A DNA stretch of 64,000 nucleotides from Aquificaceae bacterium. GTDB lineage: Bacteria > Aquificota > Aquificia > Aquificales > Aquificaceae. The position numbers and the translations under genes are program-made. Each line of letters begins with the position of its first letter. Position 1 is the stretch's first letter. Under the pieces are notes generated by a model. That model ran no database searches. It worked only from the letters and a program-made list of their open reading frames with translations, and was not told where the DNA came from. This document shows positions 48,935 to 60,346 of this stretch, piece after piece. The stretch is from the NCBI GenBank assembly GCA_037925075.1, contig JAXSNR010000002.1, positions 1 to 64,000 of the forward strand, read 5' to 3'.

Positions 48935-49593
48935 TGCTCATAGCGGTCCCTCTTTCTGACAAAGATTTTGAAAAAAACCTAAGCCTTTGCAAGGAAACTG
49001 GTGCGGACATAATAGAGCTTAGGGTGGACCTCTTTGAAAACAAAAAGCCCGACTTTGTGCTTTCTTGCATAAAAAGGGTCCAAGAAGAAGGCTTAAAGAC
49101 CATCCTTACCGTAAGAAGTGAAAAGGAAGGGGGGTCAAAGGTGGAAAATAGGTTGGAGATATTCAAGAGCTGTTCTCCACAGAGCGATTACACGGACATA
49201 GAACTTTCTTCTCAGGATATCCTGTCAGAGGTAAGGGATGTGGTAAAGTCCGCAGGAAAAAAGCTTATAATCTCTTACCACAACTTTGACCTGACACCCG
49301 CCAACTGGATACTGAGAGAAATCTTCAGGGAGGCAAAAAGGTGGGGGGCGGATATTGTAAAAGTTTCTGTAAGGGCAAACTCTTACGAAGATACCGCAAG
49401 GCTTTTGTGTCTTGGGAAAGAAGAAGAGGGAGAAAAAATACTTATAGCCATGGGTGAATACGGTAGGGTTTCAAGGATTGCGGGCTTTGTCTTTGGCTCC
49501 GTGATAAGCTACGCTTACATAGGTTCTTCGGTCGCTCCGGGGCAGTTGAGCCTTGAGGAGATGGTAAAGATAAGAAGGATGCTTTATGGTTAG
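48931..49593 (+). CDS. aroD: Type I 3-dehydroquinate dehydratase
   Basis: IELRVD, TVRSEKEGG, ISYHNF, ADIVK, APGQ. Confidence 0.92.
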   Translation: MMLIAVPLSDKDFEKNLSLCKETGADIIELRVDLFENKKPDFVLSCIKRVQEEGLKTILTVRSEKEGGSKVENRLEIFKSCSPQSDYTDIELSSQDILSEVRDVVKSAGKKLIISYHNFDLTPANWILREIFREAKRWGADIVKVSVRANSYEDTARLLCLGKEEEGEKILIAMGEYGRVSRIAGFVFGSVISYAYIGSSVAPGQLSLEEMVKIRRMLYG

Positions 49594-50347
49594 TCGCACC
49601 CTCTTTTTTGGTGAAGGACTTTTTGAAACCATAAGGTGGAAGCCCTCCCAAGAAAAGCTAAGGCTTCATTACGAAAGGCTAAGAGCTTCCGCAGAATTTT
49701 TGGAAATTCCACCCCCCACCTATGAGGAGTTTGTTAAGGACCTTGAGGAGGTGGTAAGGGAAGAAAAGGACCTTTACATAAAGTATGTGCTTCTTTCAAA
49801 GGGTGGGGAAAGCCTCACAGATAAGGCACAGTCCTACGGAAAGCTTATAATTGTAAAACCTCTAAAAGCCTTACCTCAAAGTGTAAGACTTTGCCCTTCG
49901 CCTTACAGAAGGCATTCTTCAGACCCAGTATGCAGGCACAAGACCACCTCCTACCTTTTTAACCTTCTTGTTAAAAGGTATGCCCTCAAAAGGGGCTTTT
50001 GGGATGCCATAATTTTTAACGAAAAAGGGCATATATGCGAAACATCCACCGCAAACTTACTTTTTCTAAAGGGTTCAAGGCTTTTCACTCCCGCAAGTGA
50101 AGAGGGGCTTCTGTGGGGGACTACCTTGGAGTTTTTAAGCAGGCATGTGGAGGTTAAAGAAGAGTACATAAAGGACCCAAGAGAATACGACGGTGTTTTT
50201 GTGCTTAATTCTCTTGTGCTTTGTGCTGTTGTGGAAGAGTTTGAGGGGGAGGCTCTAAGAGTGGAAAGGAATGCCTTTGAGGAGATCAACCGTATCCTAA
50301 GAGCCTGCCTATCGCCTCCGCGAGAAGCATATCCTCAGGATAGGTGA
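49586..50347 (+). CDS. Aminotransferase class IV (PabC-like)
   Basis: GEGLFETI, H..RL..SA, HKTTSY, ETSTANL, GLL.GT. Confidence 0.82.
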   Translation: MVSRTLFFGEGLFETIRWKPSQEKLRLHYERLRASAEFLEIPPPTYEEFVKDLEEVVREEKDLYIKYVLLSKGGESLTDKAQSYGKLIIVKPLKALPQSVRLCPSPYRRHSSDPVCRHKTTSYLFNLLVKRYALKRGFWDAIIFNEKGHICETSTANLLFLKGSRLFTPASEEGLLWGTTLEFLSRHVEVKEEYIKDPREYDGVFVLNSLVLCAVVEEFEGEALRVERNAFEEINRILRACLSPPREAYPQDR

Positions 50348-50927
50348 TCTTTATGTTTGTGGGTTCTCCTTGAACTATACCAACCTTGTAGCCGTACCTT
50401 TCAAGAAGTTGGGCGTCATCGGTGGCATAAAAGCCTTCATTTCTTGCCCTAAAGTGGCATTCAAGGAGCGTTCTTTTTCTAAAAGCCTGAGGTGTTTGAG
50501 AAAGCCATAGGTTTTTTCTATCTACTGTCTCCACCACCATACCATGTGCAACCCTTTTTATGGTGTCCCTCACAGGCACCGCAGGTATTTTACCTTCAAA
50601 ATCTCCAAGCTGGGAAACCTTCAAAAAAAGCTCAAGGCTTGCAAAGGGTCTGGCACAGTCATGCACTATCACCACATCTCCCTTGGCTTCCAACAAGGCA
50701 TTAAACACCGAATCCTGCCTTTCTTTACCGCCCAATACCTTGACCACTCCCGGGGGAAGGCTTATTTTCATATCTTCTTCAGGAAGCACTAATAGTGTTT
50801 CCTCAAACCTGTCCAAAAGCCTCTCTAAAGAATGCATAAAAAGAGGCTTTCCCAAAAGCTTTTCAAACTGCTTTTTTCTACCAAACCGTCTTCCCTCACC
50901 CGCGGAGAGAAGAATAAGGCTTATCAT
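50286..50927 (-). CDS. ispD: 2-C-methyl-D-erythritol 4-phosphate cytidylyltransferase
   Basis: AGEGRRFG..KQF, RQDSV, VHDCARP, QTPQ, TDD, NIKITYPED. Confidence 0.93.
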   Translation of the reverse strand: MISLILLSAGEGRRFGRKKQFEKLLGKPLFMHSLERLLDRFEETLLVLPEEDMKISLPPGVVKVLGGKERQDSVFNALLEAKGDVVIVHDCARPFASLELFLKVSQLGDFEGKIPAVPVRDTIKRVAHGMVVETVDRKNLWLSQTPQAFRKRTLLECHFRARNEGFYATDDAQLLERYGYKVGIVQGEPTNIKITYPEDMLLAEAIGRLLGYG

Positions 50928-51301
50928 TCCTCTTTAAGCCTTTCTATCCTTTCTACTATATCTTCCCTTAGCTCCTCCACTATTGGGTTTTCAGAGGAGA
51001 AAAGGTACTCTCCTTTCCTATCAAGAACCAAGGCAAGAAGATAAAAACCCTTGACCTCATTTTCAAGTGCTTCCCTTGTTACCCTATCAAGAAACTTCTT
51101 TACACTTTCGGGGTCTTTTGTATTGACCCTCATATCCACAAACTCAAACTCTTCCACATCTACCTGGTTGGCTGGTAGGTTTTCCCTTTGAACGTAGATA
51201 GGGGAATACACACAATAAACCGTATGCTCACCTACTCCTTTTTCCTCTATGTTATCAAAAAGCCTTTCCACATAAGCTCTTACCTGATGCCTTACACTCA
51301 T
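50924..51301 (-). CDS. Hypothetical protein
   Basis: 125-aa ORF within the operon. Confidence 0.65.
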   Translation of the reverse strand: MSVRHQVRAYVERLFDNIEEKGVGEHTVYCVYSPIYVQRENLPANQVDVEEFEFVDMRVNTKDPESVKKFLDRVTREALENEVKGFYLLALVLDRKGEYLFSSENPIVEELREDIVERIERLKEE

Positions 51302-51310
51302 GGGAATATT

Positions 51311-52744
51311 TTAGCCTAATAAATCAAAGATGACCATCTTTATCTCAGTGTAGTCTTCCATCGCAAAGTGTGGTCCCTCTCTCCCTATGCCCGAGTATTT
51401 TACACCACCATAGGGCATATGGTCCACCCTAAAGTTGGGACCTTCGTTTATGAGCACTCCTCCCGCCTGCGCATCTTTTATAAACTCCCAAGCTATGTTT
51501 ATATCCCTTGTAAAAACTCCCACCTGTAGCCCATAGTCCGAATCATTAACCATCCTTATAGCTTCTTCTACATCCCTGTAGGGGTTTACCACCACCACCG
51601 GTGCAAAGGCCTCCTCTTTAAATAGCTTTGTGTTTGTGGGGACAAGAGATACCACCGTTGGCGAGAGGACAGGAGAAACCCTATCTCCACAAGATATGCT
51701 ACCCGCCACAAGCCTTGCGCCTTCATGAAGAGCCTCATCTATCCACTCCTGAATTCTTTGAGCCTCAGAGATGCTTATCATAGGTCCCACATCCGTATCC
51801 TCCTGCATCGGGTCGCCCACCTTAAGCATACTCACCGCTTTCTCAAGCTCCTCCAAAAATCCTTCAAAAAGCTCCTCATGAACAAAGACCCTCTGCACAG
51901 AGATGCATACCTGACCCGCTATGGCATAGCCACCGAGGATTGTCTTCTGCACTGCCTTTTTTAGGTCTCCATCCTTATGAAGCACTATGGCTGAGTTTGA
52001 GCCAAGCTCAAGGACCACCTTCTTTATACCAGCCTGACGGGTTATTATCTCACCAACCTTTCTGCTACCGGTGAAAGAGACAACCCTCACATCTGGATGG
52101 GTTGTGATCACCTTTCCCACATCGCCGTAGCCCGGCAAAATGCTTATGGCTTCCGGTGGAAGCCCTGCTTCCAAAAGGATTTCACCGAGCATCAAAGGGG
52201 TAAGGGGAGTCCTTTCTGATGGCTTGAGGATGACCGCATTGCCACAGGCGAGAGCTGGTGCCACCTTGTGCATGGAAAGGTTCAGGGGGAAGTTAAAGGG
52301 AGTTATGGCGGAAACTATGCCCACGGGCTGGCGAATATAAAAGCCTACCTTGCCCTTTCCGTTTGGATGGGCATCTATGGGCACAACCTCACCGCTTATC
52401 CTCTTGGCCTCTTCCGCGGAGAAGATGAGGGTCTGTATGGCTCTTTGGACCTCTGCCCTTGCCTCCCTTATGGTCTTCCCCACCTCAAGCACCAAGGTTT
52501 TTGCAAACTCCTCTGCCCTCCCCCTTAGAAGCTGGCTTGCCCTCATAAGTATCTCGTACCTTTCGTAGGGTGTCAGAGAAGAGATTTTTTTGTACCCTTC
52601 CTTTGCTATTTCCACAGCCTTATGGCTATCTTCTTCGCTTGCCCTTGAGACCTGCGCGATTGTTTCGCCGGTGTATGGGTAAACCACTGGCAATTTTTCC
52701 TCTTTTGAAATCCACTGTCCGCCAAGCAAAAGCCCAGTCCTCAT
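51311..52744 (-). CDS. Aldehyde dehydrogenase family protein
   Basis: [42 protein letters not shown]. Confidence 0.93.
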   Translation of the reverse strand: MRTGLLLGGQWISKEEKLPVVYPYTGETIAQVSRASEEDSHKAVEIAKEGYKKISSLTPYERYEILMRASQLLRGRAEEFAKTLVLEVGKTIREARAEVQRAIQTLIFSAEEAKRISGEVVPIDAHPNGKGKVGFYIRQPVGIVSAITPFNFPLNLSMHKVAPALACGNAVILKPSERTPLTPLMLGEILLEAGLPPEAISILPGYGDVGKVITTHPDVRVVSFTGSRKVGEIITRQAGIKKVVLELGSNSAIVLHKDGDLKKAVQKTILGGYAIAGQVCISVQRVFVHEELFEGFLEELEKAVSMLKVGDPMQEDTDVGPMISISEAQRIQEWIDEALHEGARLVAGSISCGDRVSPVLSPTVVSLVPTNTKLFKEEAFAPVVVVNPYRDVEEAIRMVNDSDYGLQVGVFTRDINIAWEFIKDAQAGGVLINEGPNFRVDHMPYGGVKYSGIGREGPHFAMEDYTEIKMVIFDLLG

Positions 52745-52766
52745 GGATTATAATTTTAAACCTATT

Positions 52767-53951
52767 ATGTTTTCTCCAGAAGAGCAGTTGAAAATCATAA
52801 AGCAGGGAACCGTTGAGATAATAGAAGAAGAAGAGCTTTTGAAAAAACTCAAGGAGGGCAGACCGCTTCGCATAAAGGCTGGCTTTGATCCCACCGCTCC
52901 AGACCTTCACTTAGGGCATACGGTTTTGCTTCAAAAACTCCGCCAGTTTCAGCTGTTGGGTCATGAAGTGTTTTTTATCATCGGGGATTTTACCGCCATG
53001 ATAGGAGACCCTACGGGAAGAAGTGAAACAAGGCCACCCCTTAGCAGGGAGCAAGTTTTGGAAAACGCCAAAACCTATGAGCATCAGGTCTTTAAGGTGC
53101 TTTTGCCGGAAAAAACAAACATAGTTTTTAACAGTACATGGCTATCTCCATTGGGTACAGAAGGACTTATAAGACTTGCTGGCCAATACACGGTCGCAAG
53201 GATGCTGGAAAGGGACGACTTTTCAAAGAGGTTCAAAGAAGGAAATCCCATATACATCCATGAGTTTATATATCCCTTGCTTCAGGGTTATGATTCTGTG
53301 TTTTTAAAGGCGGACGTGGAGCTGGGTGGCACGGACCAAAAGTTTAATCTCCTTGTGGGTAGAGACCTTCAGAGGGCTTATGGGCAAGAACCTCAGGTAT
53401 GTATAACTCTTCCCCTTCTTGTGGGCACAGATGGAGTTAAAAAGATGTCCAAGTCCTACGGCAACTACATAGGCATAACGGAAGAGCCAAACCAGATGTT
53501 TGGGAAAATCATGTCCATATCAGACGACCTTATGTGGGACTACTACCTTCTTCTCACAGACTACACGCAGGAGCAGATAGAAGAGTTCAAAAAAAGCCTT
53601 CATCCAATGGAAGCCAAAAAGAGTCTTGCCCATTACATAGTCTCCCGATACCACTCAAAGGAGCATGCGGACAAAGCCCTTGAGTTTTTTGAGAAGACCT
53701 TCTCCCAAAGAGAGTTTCCGGAGGATGCTCCTACTATTAAGGTTCCCGCTGGCTATCGCAGGAAGGTTTACGAACTTCTTTTTGAGCTTGGTATTGAAAG
53801 TTCAAAGAACTCTGCACGCAGGCTTATAGAAGGAGGAGGGCTAAAGATAGATGGTAAAAGGATAGAAGACCCCTTTGAGGATATAGAAATATCAGGAGAG
53901 CTTAGACTTCAGGCTGGCAAAAAAAGGTTTTACAGGATTATTCCCCAGTAG
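52767..53951 (+). CDS. tyrS: Tyrosine--tRNA ligase
   Basis: [27 protein letters not shown]4-like C-terminus. Confidence 0.96.
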   Translation: MFSPEEQLKIIKQGTVEIIEEEELLKKLKEGRPLRIKAGFDPTAPDLHLGHTVLLQKLRQFQLLGHEVFFIIGDFTAMIGDPTGRSETRPPLSREQVLENAKTYEHQVFKVLLPEKTNIVFNSTWLSPLGTEGLIRLAGQYTVARMLERDDFSKRFKEGNPIYIHEFIYPLLQGYDSVFLKADVELGGTDQKFNLLVGRDLQRAYGQEPQVCITLPLLVGTDGVKKMSKSYGNYIGITEEPNQMFGKIMSISDDLMWDYYLLLTDYTQEQIEEFKKSLHPMEAKKSLAHYIVSRYHSKEHADKALEFFEKTFSQREFPEDAPTIKVPAGYRRKVYELLFELGIESSKNSARRLIEGGGLKIDGKRIEDPFEDIEISGELRLQAGKKRFYRIIPQ

Positions 53952-54192
53952 AAGTTTTAACCACCTTTACCCTGTTCCAATCTACTGGGCTAAAGCCCGA
54001 GGCCTCCGCATAGCTTTTGGCCGTTTTGTAATTTATGTACTTTTCTATCTCCGCCTTAAGTATAAGGCTCCTTTCCCTTTCCCTTTTTAGCTCCGATACC
54101 TTTTTGGTATATTCCTTGGCAACATCTACGCTGTAGGCTGAATAGAGAAGGTTAAGCAAAAAAAGTAAAGAGGTCGCAAGTAAGTATTTCAT
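53938..54192 (-). CDS. FtsL-like small membrane coiled-coil protein
   Basis: TM plus coiled coil, directly downstream of rsmH (canonical ftsL position). Confidence 0.5.
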   Translation of the reverse strand: MKYLLATSLLFLLNLLYSAYSVDVAKEYTKKVSELKRERERSLILKAEIEKYINYKTAKSYAEASGFSPVDWNRVKVVKTSTGE

Positions 54193-55046
54193 ACCTTTTC
54201 TCCTGCTCTAAGTTTCGCACTCCTGCTTGCGGGATTTCTTTCCACCTCTTCCATAGTAGGTACTATCGGCTTTTTTGTCAAGGGCTTAAGATGGGTTTTT
54301 ATGAAGTTTTTAACTATTCTGTCTTCAAGGGAGTGGAAGGATATGACCGCAAGCCTGCCACCAATCTTTAGAAAATCAAGGGTTTTGTGCAGGGCGATTT
54401 CAAGACTCTTGAGCTCTTCATTTACTTCCATCCTTATAGCCTGAAAAACTCTTGTGGCTGGATGTATCCTTCCACCCCTGTAAGGAAGCACTGAGGTTAT
54501 CACTTTTACAAGCTCGCCGGTGGTTTCTATGGGCTTTTTGGTCCTTGCAAGCACTATAGCCTTTGCTATTCTCTTTGCGTAGGGTTCTTCTCCGTACTCT
54601 TTAAATATCCTTTCCAAATCCTTTTCAGAGTAGTTATTAACCACGTAATAGGCGGTTAGCTTATCTTCTGGGTTCATCCTCATGTCCAAAGGCTCATCCC
54701 TTTGAAAGGAAAAACCCCTTGGGCTTTTTAGCTGTAGCATGGAGACCCCAAGGTCAAAAAGAAAGCCATCTACCTCTAAAACACCCTCCATTTTAAGGAC
54801 CTCATCAAGGTCCGCAAAGTTGGCATGATAGAGGCTGTACCTACCTTCAAAATCCTTTAGGTTTTCCTGTGCAAGCTCAAGGGCAGAAGGGTCCTTATCT
54901 ATACCTATCACAAAAGCCTGTGGGTTTTTCTCCAATATGCTTTTTGTATGACCGCCAAGACCCACCGTACAATCCACGTAAAGCCTCCCACCGTTGCCTA
55001 AAAGGATTTTGGTGGCTTCCTCAAGGAGGACGGGAACATGCATCAA
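54189..55046 (-). CDS. rsmH: 16S rRNA m4C1402 methyltransferase
   Basis: [38 protein letters not shown]. Confidence 0.96.
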   Translation of the reverse strand: MMHVPVLLEEATKILLGNGGRLYVDCTVGLGGHTKSILEKNPQAFVIGIDKDPSALELAQENLKDFEGRYSLYHANFADLDEVLKMEGVLEVDGFLFDLGVSMLQLKSPRGFSFQRDEPLDMRMNPEDKLTAYYVVNNYSEKDLERIFKEYGEEPYAKRIAKAIVLARTKKPIETTGELVKVITSVLPYRGGRIHPATRVFQAIRMEVNEELKSLEIALHKTLDFLKIGGRLAVISFHSLEDRIVKNFIKTHLKPLTKKPIVPTMEEVERNPASRSAKLRAGEKV

Positions 55047-55663
55047 TCTTTAAAAAGGCTCATCTGTTTTATGGGAGAAAAGCTCCTTCTGTGTATGGGA
55101 CTTTCTTTGTAAAGGTTTATAGCCCTTATATGCTCCTTTGTCGCATAGCCCTTATGCTTTGCAAAGTTGTACTGGGGAAAGATCCTGTGGTAATGCTCCA
55201 TTATCCTGTCTCTGAGAACTTTTGCCACCACACTGGCACAGGCACAGCTTATACTTTTTTCATCACCCTTTACAAGGGGCAAACAGTAATAGCCCTCTAC
55301 AGGCAGATAGTCGCTTATAACCACATGGAATTGGTGTTTTAGGTCTTCCAAAGCCCTTTTGAAGGCTATGATGTTTGCTTTTAGGATGCCAACCCTGTCT
55401 ATAAGCGAAGAGTCCACTACCGCGGTGCCTATGGCAAGGGCTTTTGACCTGATAAGCTCGTAAGCTTCTTCCCTCTCCTTTGAGGTCATAGCCTTTGAAT
55501 CCTTATCTATGAAAGGCTCTGTAAAGGGTGGAAGGATGACCGCACAGGCAACAAGGGGACCCGCAAGGGGTCCCCTACCCGCCTCATCAACACCAGCTAC
55601 CAAAAAGCCCTTCTCCCAATAGGGCTTTTCGTATTCTATCATCCCTTCTTCTTTAGCTCCCAA
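55043..55663 (-). CDS. rnhB: Ribonuclease HII
   Basis: [29 protein letters not shown]; start may be the downstream MIEYE. Confidence 0.94.
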   Translation of the reverse strand: MGAKEEGMIEYEKPYWEKGFLVAGVDEAGRGPLAGPLVACAVILPPFTEPFIDKDSKAMTSKEREEAYELIRSKALAIGTAVVDSSLIDRVGILKANIIAFKRALEDLKHQFHVVISDYLPVEGYYCLPLVKGDEKSISCACASVVAKVLRDRIMEHYHRIFPQYNFAKHKGYATKEHIRAINLYKESPIHRRSFSPIKQMSLFKD

Positions 55664-56016
55664 GGTTTTATTTCTCTTATCTTACCCATAGCCTCTTTGC
55701 CCTTGTATTTGCGTAGGAAGTAAAGCTTTGCCCTTCTCACCTTGCCGTACTTTACTATCTCAATCCTTTCTATGTTTGGGCTGTAGTAGGGGAAAATTCT
55801 TTCTATGCCTACTCCGTAGGACTCTTTTCTCACGGTAAAGGTTTTACCTATACCACTACCCCTTATCCTTATCACCACACCCTCAAAGGGCTGGATTCTC
55901 TCCTTTTCTCCTTCCACTATCTTGTAATGTACCCTTATGGTATCACCTACCTTGAAGGGTGGGTATTCTTTCTTTAAGAGGTATAGCTCCTTAACCTTTT
56001 GCATGACGCTACTCAT
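55639..56016 (-). CDS. rplS: 50S ribosomal protein L19
   Basis: [27 protein letters not shown]. Confidence 0.96.
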   Translation of the reverse strand: MSSVMQKVKELYLLKKEYPPFKVGDTIRVHYKIVEGEKERIQPFEGVVIRIRGSGIGKTFTVRKESYGVGIERIFPYYSPNIERIEIVKYGKVRRAKLYFLRKYKGKEAMGKIREIKPWELKKKG

Positions 56017-56088
56017 GGTAGAACCTCCTGATAGAATAACTATACAATTTTAGCATAAAAGGAAGGGTATGGTATAATTCATAAAGTA

Positions 56089-57663
56089 GTGGATTACTCA
56101 GCTCTTGACCTTATACCAGAACCAGTTTTTATAGTGGATGAACAGCACAAGGTTCTCTTTGCCAACAGAAGGGCAAGGGAGGTATACGGAGATAAGGGAG
56201 AGACCTGTTATGCACTTTCTCATGCCTTTGGAAAGCCCTGTTATGAGTATGAAGGACACCCCTGTCCCGTAAAAAACATAAGAGAGCTTGGGCTAAAAAG
56301 GTCTGGCGTTATACATATACACAGAACTGAAAAGGGTGAAAGGTACTTCTACATTATGGCGGAACACTTTCCAGATGAGGGTTTTTATTTGGAGCTTCAC
56401 ATAGACCTTTTTGACCTTATGGAAAACCTTAAGCTTAGTGGACAGAGGCCTGAGCTTCTTTTTTCTTCAGGACCGGTGGTTTTCTTTCAATGGAAAAGGG
56501 CGGAGGGATGGCCTGTTGAATTTGTATCTCCCAATGTGGTTGATCTACTTGGATACACTTCAGAGGATTTTCTATCTGGAAGGATAAATTATGCGGAGCT
56601 CATACATCCAGAAGACATAGAAAGGGTTGCGGAAGAGGTAGCATACCATACAGAAAAGGTCTCTCCCTTCTGGACGCATCAGCCCTATAGACTTAGAAGA
56701 AAAGACGGAAAATACGTATGGATCCTTGACCACACCGTACCCATAAAAAATAATTCAGGTCAGGTTGTAGGCTATTACGGATACCTGATAGATATAACAG
56801 AAAAGCATGAACAGGAACAACTCTTTCGTATTCTTGCGGAATCAAACCCTCATGGGGTGTTTGTGTATGACTTTTGGGAAAACAAATTTCTTTATGTAAA
56901 TCAAAAGATATGTGAGCTTTCGGGCTATAGCAGAGAGGAGCTTCTAAAGAAGGACCCGATAAGCCTTGTTTTTTGGAGGGATAGGGAAAGGGTGTTGGAA
57001 AATTTAAAGAGAAGAAGGGAAGGGTATAAAGGTGCGATCAGCTACAAGCTTAGAATAAACACCAAGAAGGGAAAAACAAAATGGGTCAAGCTTTCTTCTG
57101 TTACCGCTTCCTTTAAAGGCAAAGAGGTTTCCATAATAACCCTTGTAGATATCTCAAAGGAGATGGAAAGAGAAAGACTTCTCACAAGGCTTGCCACAAG
57201 AGACCAGCTTACCGGTATATTTAACAGATACGCTTTAATTCATAGCTTTGAATATCTTATAGCCCAAGCAAACAGATATGGCACAACCTTCTCTTTTATA
57301 ATCTTTGACATAGACAACTTCAAAAGTTTAAACGATACATACGGGCACCTTATGGGAGATAAGGTATTAAGAGAGCTGGCTAAAAAGGTAAAGAAGGTTA
57401 TAAGGAAAAGTGATATCTTTGGAAGGTGGGGTGGTGAGGAATTCGTGGTGCTCCTACCCATGACTTCAGAACCTTACGCACCTGCGGAGAAAATTAGAAG
57501 GGCTATTGAAAACAGCGAGTTTCCTAAGGGTTTGAAAATAACCATATCTCTGGGGGCAACCACCTACAAAGAGGGAGATACTATAGATAGCATGATTTCA
57601 AGGGCGGACGAGGCACTCTATCGGGCAAAGCAAAACGGGAAGAATAAAACAGTGGTCCTCTAA
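56089..57663 (+). CDS. PAS-domain diguanylate cyclase
   Basis: Three PAS-like domains, DQLTG, DIDNFK..ND.YGH, RKSD I-site, GGEEF. Confidence 0.92.
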   Translation: MDYSALDLIPEPVFIVDEQHKVLFANRRAREVYGDKGETCYALSHAFGKPCYEYEGHPCPVKNIRELGLKRSGVIHIHRTEKGERYFYIMAEHFPDEGFYLELHIDLFDLMENLKLSGQRPELLFSSGPVVFFQWKRAEGWPVEFVSPNVVDLLGYTSEDFLSGRINYAELIHPEDIERVAEEVAYHTEKVSPFWTHQPYRLRRKDGKYVWILDHTVPIKNNSGQVVGYYGYLIDITEKHEQEQLFRILAESNPHGVFVYDFWENKFLYVNQKICELSGYSREELLKKDPISLVFWRDRERVLENLKRRREGYKGAISYKLRINTKKGKTKWVKLSSVTASFKGKEVSIITLVDISKEMERERLLTRLATRDQLTGIFNRYALIHSFEYLIAQANRYGTTFSFIIFDIDNFKSLNDTYGHLMGDKVLRELAKKVKKVIRKSDIFGRWGGEEFVVLLPMTSEPYAPAEKIRRAIENSEFPKGLKITISLGATTYKEGDTIDSMISRADEALYRAKQNGKNKTVVL

Positions 57664-58157
57664 GAGATTTCTTCCCTGAGTTTTTTGTTCATCTCTTCCA
57701 CCTTTTCTTTGAGAGACCTCTCATAATCTCTAAGTTTCTCTTCTAAATCTGGATACTTTATAGAAAGAATTCTCACCGCAAGAAGTCCTGCGTTTGTACC
57801 GTTGCCTATGCCAACCGTTGCGACGGGAACGCCCGCTGGCATCTGCACTATGGAGTAAAGGGAATCCACACCGCTTAGATGTTTAGAAGGCACTGGAACG
57901 CCTATCACAGGCAAGGTGGTCATGCTGGCTGTCATCCCGGGAAGATGGGCAGAACCCCCCGCACCAGCGATTATCACCTCTATACCTCTTTCTCTTGCGG
58001 TTCTTGCGTACTCGTACATGGCTTCTGGAGTTCTGTGGGCGGATACCACTTTAACCTCGCAGGGAACATCAAAATTTTTAAGCACCTCGTAGGCGGGCTT
58101 TAGCCACTCCCAGTCGGAAAGGCTACCCATTATTATGCCTACTAAAGGGTTTTTCAT
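57660..58157 (-). CDS. purE: N5-CAIR mutase
   Basis: [30 protein letters not shown]; start at MKNPLV. Confidence 0.96.
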   Translation of the reverse strand: MKNPLVGIIMGSLSDWEWLKPAYEVLKNFDVPCEVKVVSAHRTPEAMYEYARTARERGIEVIIAGAGGSAHLPGMTASMTTLPVIGVPVPSKHLSGVDSLYSIVQMPAGVPVATVGIGNGTNAGLLAVRILSIKYPDLEEKLRDYERSLKEKVEEMNKKLREEIS

Positions 58158-58175
58158 GCTTATAATTTTACCTTC

Positions 58176-58580
58176 ATGGACATCCAAAACCTTATGAAGG
58201 AACTTCTTGATATGGAAGAGTACCTTTGGCAAAGACGTATGAAGTTGCTTAGCCAGTATCAAGGGGTTCAGGAGATGAGGCAAAGGATATCTCAGCTTGA
58301 AAGGGCTCTTGAGGAGGAGACGGAGCTTAATATGAAAGAAATCATAGAGTTGGTGGAGGATTACGAAAAGGACCCCAGAAACTTGGAACTGTTAAGGTAC
58401 GAGATGGGAGAGTTGGCGGTCTATGTGGTGCAAAGGTTGATAGACAGGGTCAAACAGATAAGGGATATGAGGGCTGAGGTGGATGAGTTAGAAAGGGAGA
58501 TTATGGAGATAGATGTTGAAATAGACAGAAAGCTTGAGAAACTGCAAGAGTACAAAAGAAGAATTCAAGGAATGCAATGA
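58176..58580 (+). CDS. Hypothetical coiled-coil protein
   Basis: Charged heptad-rich ORF coupled to the next gene. Confidence 0.65.
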   Translation: MDIQNLMKELLDMEEYLWQRRMKLLSQYQGVQEMRQRISQLERALEEETELNMKEIIELVEDYEKDPRNLELLRYEMGELAVYVVQRLIDRVKQIRDMRAEVDELEREIMEIDVEIDRKLEKLQEYKRRIQGMQ

Positions 58581-59116
58581 AAAGACCCATAATGCTTATA
58601 GACCTTGACAGGTGCATAGGCTGTCTTTCCTGTGAGGTCGCATGCAAACAAGAAAAAGGGCTTGAAAACTTTGGCATAAGGCCTATGAAGGTCTTCAGGA
58701 TTGGAGGCATAGGCGATAGAGCTGATGCCTTTTTCTTGCCTATGAACTGCTTTCACTGTGAGCCCGCACCCTGCGTTTATGCCTGTCCCACCTCCGCCAT
58801 GAGGAAAAGAGAAGATGGCATAGTGTATGTGGAAGAGCTACGATGCATAGGTTGTAAGGCTTGCATAATCGCCTGTCCCTACGGAGCCATAGCCTTTAAT
58901 CCAGCGACCATGAAGGTGGAAAAGTGCGATTACTGTTATAAAAGGGTTGATGCGGGTTTGCTTCCTTCATGTGTTTCTAAGTGCGTAACCAACTGCCTGT
59001 ACTTTGTGGAGATAGAAGACGTACCAAAGCAAAGGCACATGGCAAGGAGGATAGACTCGGAGCTATACAGGGAGCTTTTCAGTTGGAGGTCAGAGGAAAA
59101 ACCTCTTGAGGTCTAA
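58577..59116 (+). CDS. 4Fe-4S dicluster protein (DmsB/NrfC-like)
   Basis: CIGCLSCEVAC, CFHCEPAPCVYACP, CIGCKACIIACPY, KCDYC. Confidence 0.9.
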   Translation: MKRPIMLIDLDRCIGCLSCEVACKQEKGLENFGIRPMKVFRIGGIGDRADAFFLPMNCFHCEPAPCVYACPTSAMRKREDGIVYVEELRCIGCKACIIACPYGAIAFNPATMKVEKCDYCYKRVDAGLLPSCVSKCVTNCLYFVEIEDVPKQRHMARRIDSELYRELFSWRSEEKPLEV

Positions 59117-59848
59117 AAGGACTCCCCAAAAAACACCCATTGAGAGAAAAGGTCCATAGGGTACGGCAAATTGAAGGCTTCTGTTTTTTACTATTATGGG
59201 CAAAGCGTACAAAAGCCCAATCACAGAGCCAAGAAAGACCGCGTACAAAACGCCCCACAGACCAGCAACAGAACCTATAAAAGCCATAAGTTCTACATCT
59301 CCAAAGCCAAGCCCTTCTATCCTTCTTAGCTTTTTGTAGTAGAGGTATATGAGTAAAAAGGAGCCACCACCCACAAGAGCAGACAAGAGGCTTTCTTGAA
59401 GACTAAAATCTTTCCTGAGAAGAGAGGTAATAAGCCCAAAGGCAAGCCCTCCAAGAGTAAGGCTACCGGGTAGCATAAAGGTGTCCCAATCTATGAGGCT
59501 TGCAACAAGAAGAATGGAAAAAAACACGAAGAAAATAAGGCTTAAAAGGGGTTCTTCAAACCTAAGCCTACAAAGGACCATGAGGATACCAGTAAAGGCT
59601 TCCACAAGAGGATACCTAAAAGATATCCTTCCTCCGCAGTGCCTACACCTACCCCTGAGAATAAAGTAAGAAAGTATAGGTATGTTATCGTACCACCTTA
59701 TTTTCTTTCCACAGTGAGGACAGTGCGAAGGAGGTGATACGATGGATATGCGTCTGGGTATTCTGTACACAAGCACATTGTAAAAGCTTCCCAAGCTTGC
59801 ACCGAGCATAAATAAAAGGACATACTCGAGGAGTTGAAGGGGTTCCAC
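59090..59848 (-). CDS. pilD: Prepilin peptidase
   Basis: GSFYNV..YRIP, SHCPHC, GRCRHC, YPLVE, GFGD, VPYGPFL. Confidence 0.92.
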   Translation of the reverse strand: MEPLQLLEYVLLFMLGASLGSFYNVLVYRIPRRISIVSPPSHCPHCGKKIRWYDNIPILSYFILRGRCRHCGGRISFRYPLVEAFTGILMVLCRLRFEEPLLSLIFFVFFSILLVASLIDWDTFMLPGSLTLGGLAFGLITSLLRKDFSLQESLLSALVGGGSFLLIYLYYKKLRRIEGLGFGDVELMAFIGSVAGLWGVLYAVFLGSVIGLLYALPIIVKNRSLQFAVPYGPFLSMGVFWGVLLDLKRFFL

Positions 59849-59869
59849 CTTGGACTAAAATTATAAAGC

Positions 59870-60346
59870 ATGAAAAGATTGTTTACCCTCCTGTTCTTTT
59901 TACTTTTGGCTTCATGCCAGCAAAAAAAGGCTATTCAGGAATCTGAGATAAAGGACATAGTGCCAAAAAATCAATACGCCATGCTAATAGTGGAGAGCGA
60001 AAGCTGTATATACTGCAAACAGCTCAAAAAAGACCTTCAAAGGGAAGATATAGCATCGGAACTTAGCGGAATAGACCTATACAGCGTGCTCTACGAAAGC
60101 AACGCAAAGGTTAGATACATACTCAAGGGAAAAGAGGGCATAAGCACAGAGGAGGAGCTTGCAAAAGCCCTAAGGGTCAATTCCTTCCCTCAGATCTTCT
60201 TCTACGATAAGGAAGGGAACATAGTACTTCACCTACCGGGCTACCAGCCACCCAAAACCCTTGCGTGCACCATAAGGTTTGTAAAGGAAGAAAGATACAA
60301 AAACTCCCAGTATATGGACTACCTAAAGGCTGAAAGATGCATCTAA
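59870..60346 (+). CDS. Thioredoxin-fold lipoprotein (SoxW-like)
   Basis: Lipobox LLASC, CIYC, FPQIFF...LPGY. Confidence 0.75.
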   Translation: MKRLFTLLFFLLLASCQQKKAIQESEIKDIVPKNQYAMLIVESESCIYCKQLKKDLQREDIASELSGIDLYSVLYESNAKVRYILKGKEGISTEEELAKALRVNSFPQIFFYDKEGNIVLHLPGYQPPKTLACTIRFVKEERYKNSQYMDYLKAERCI

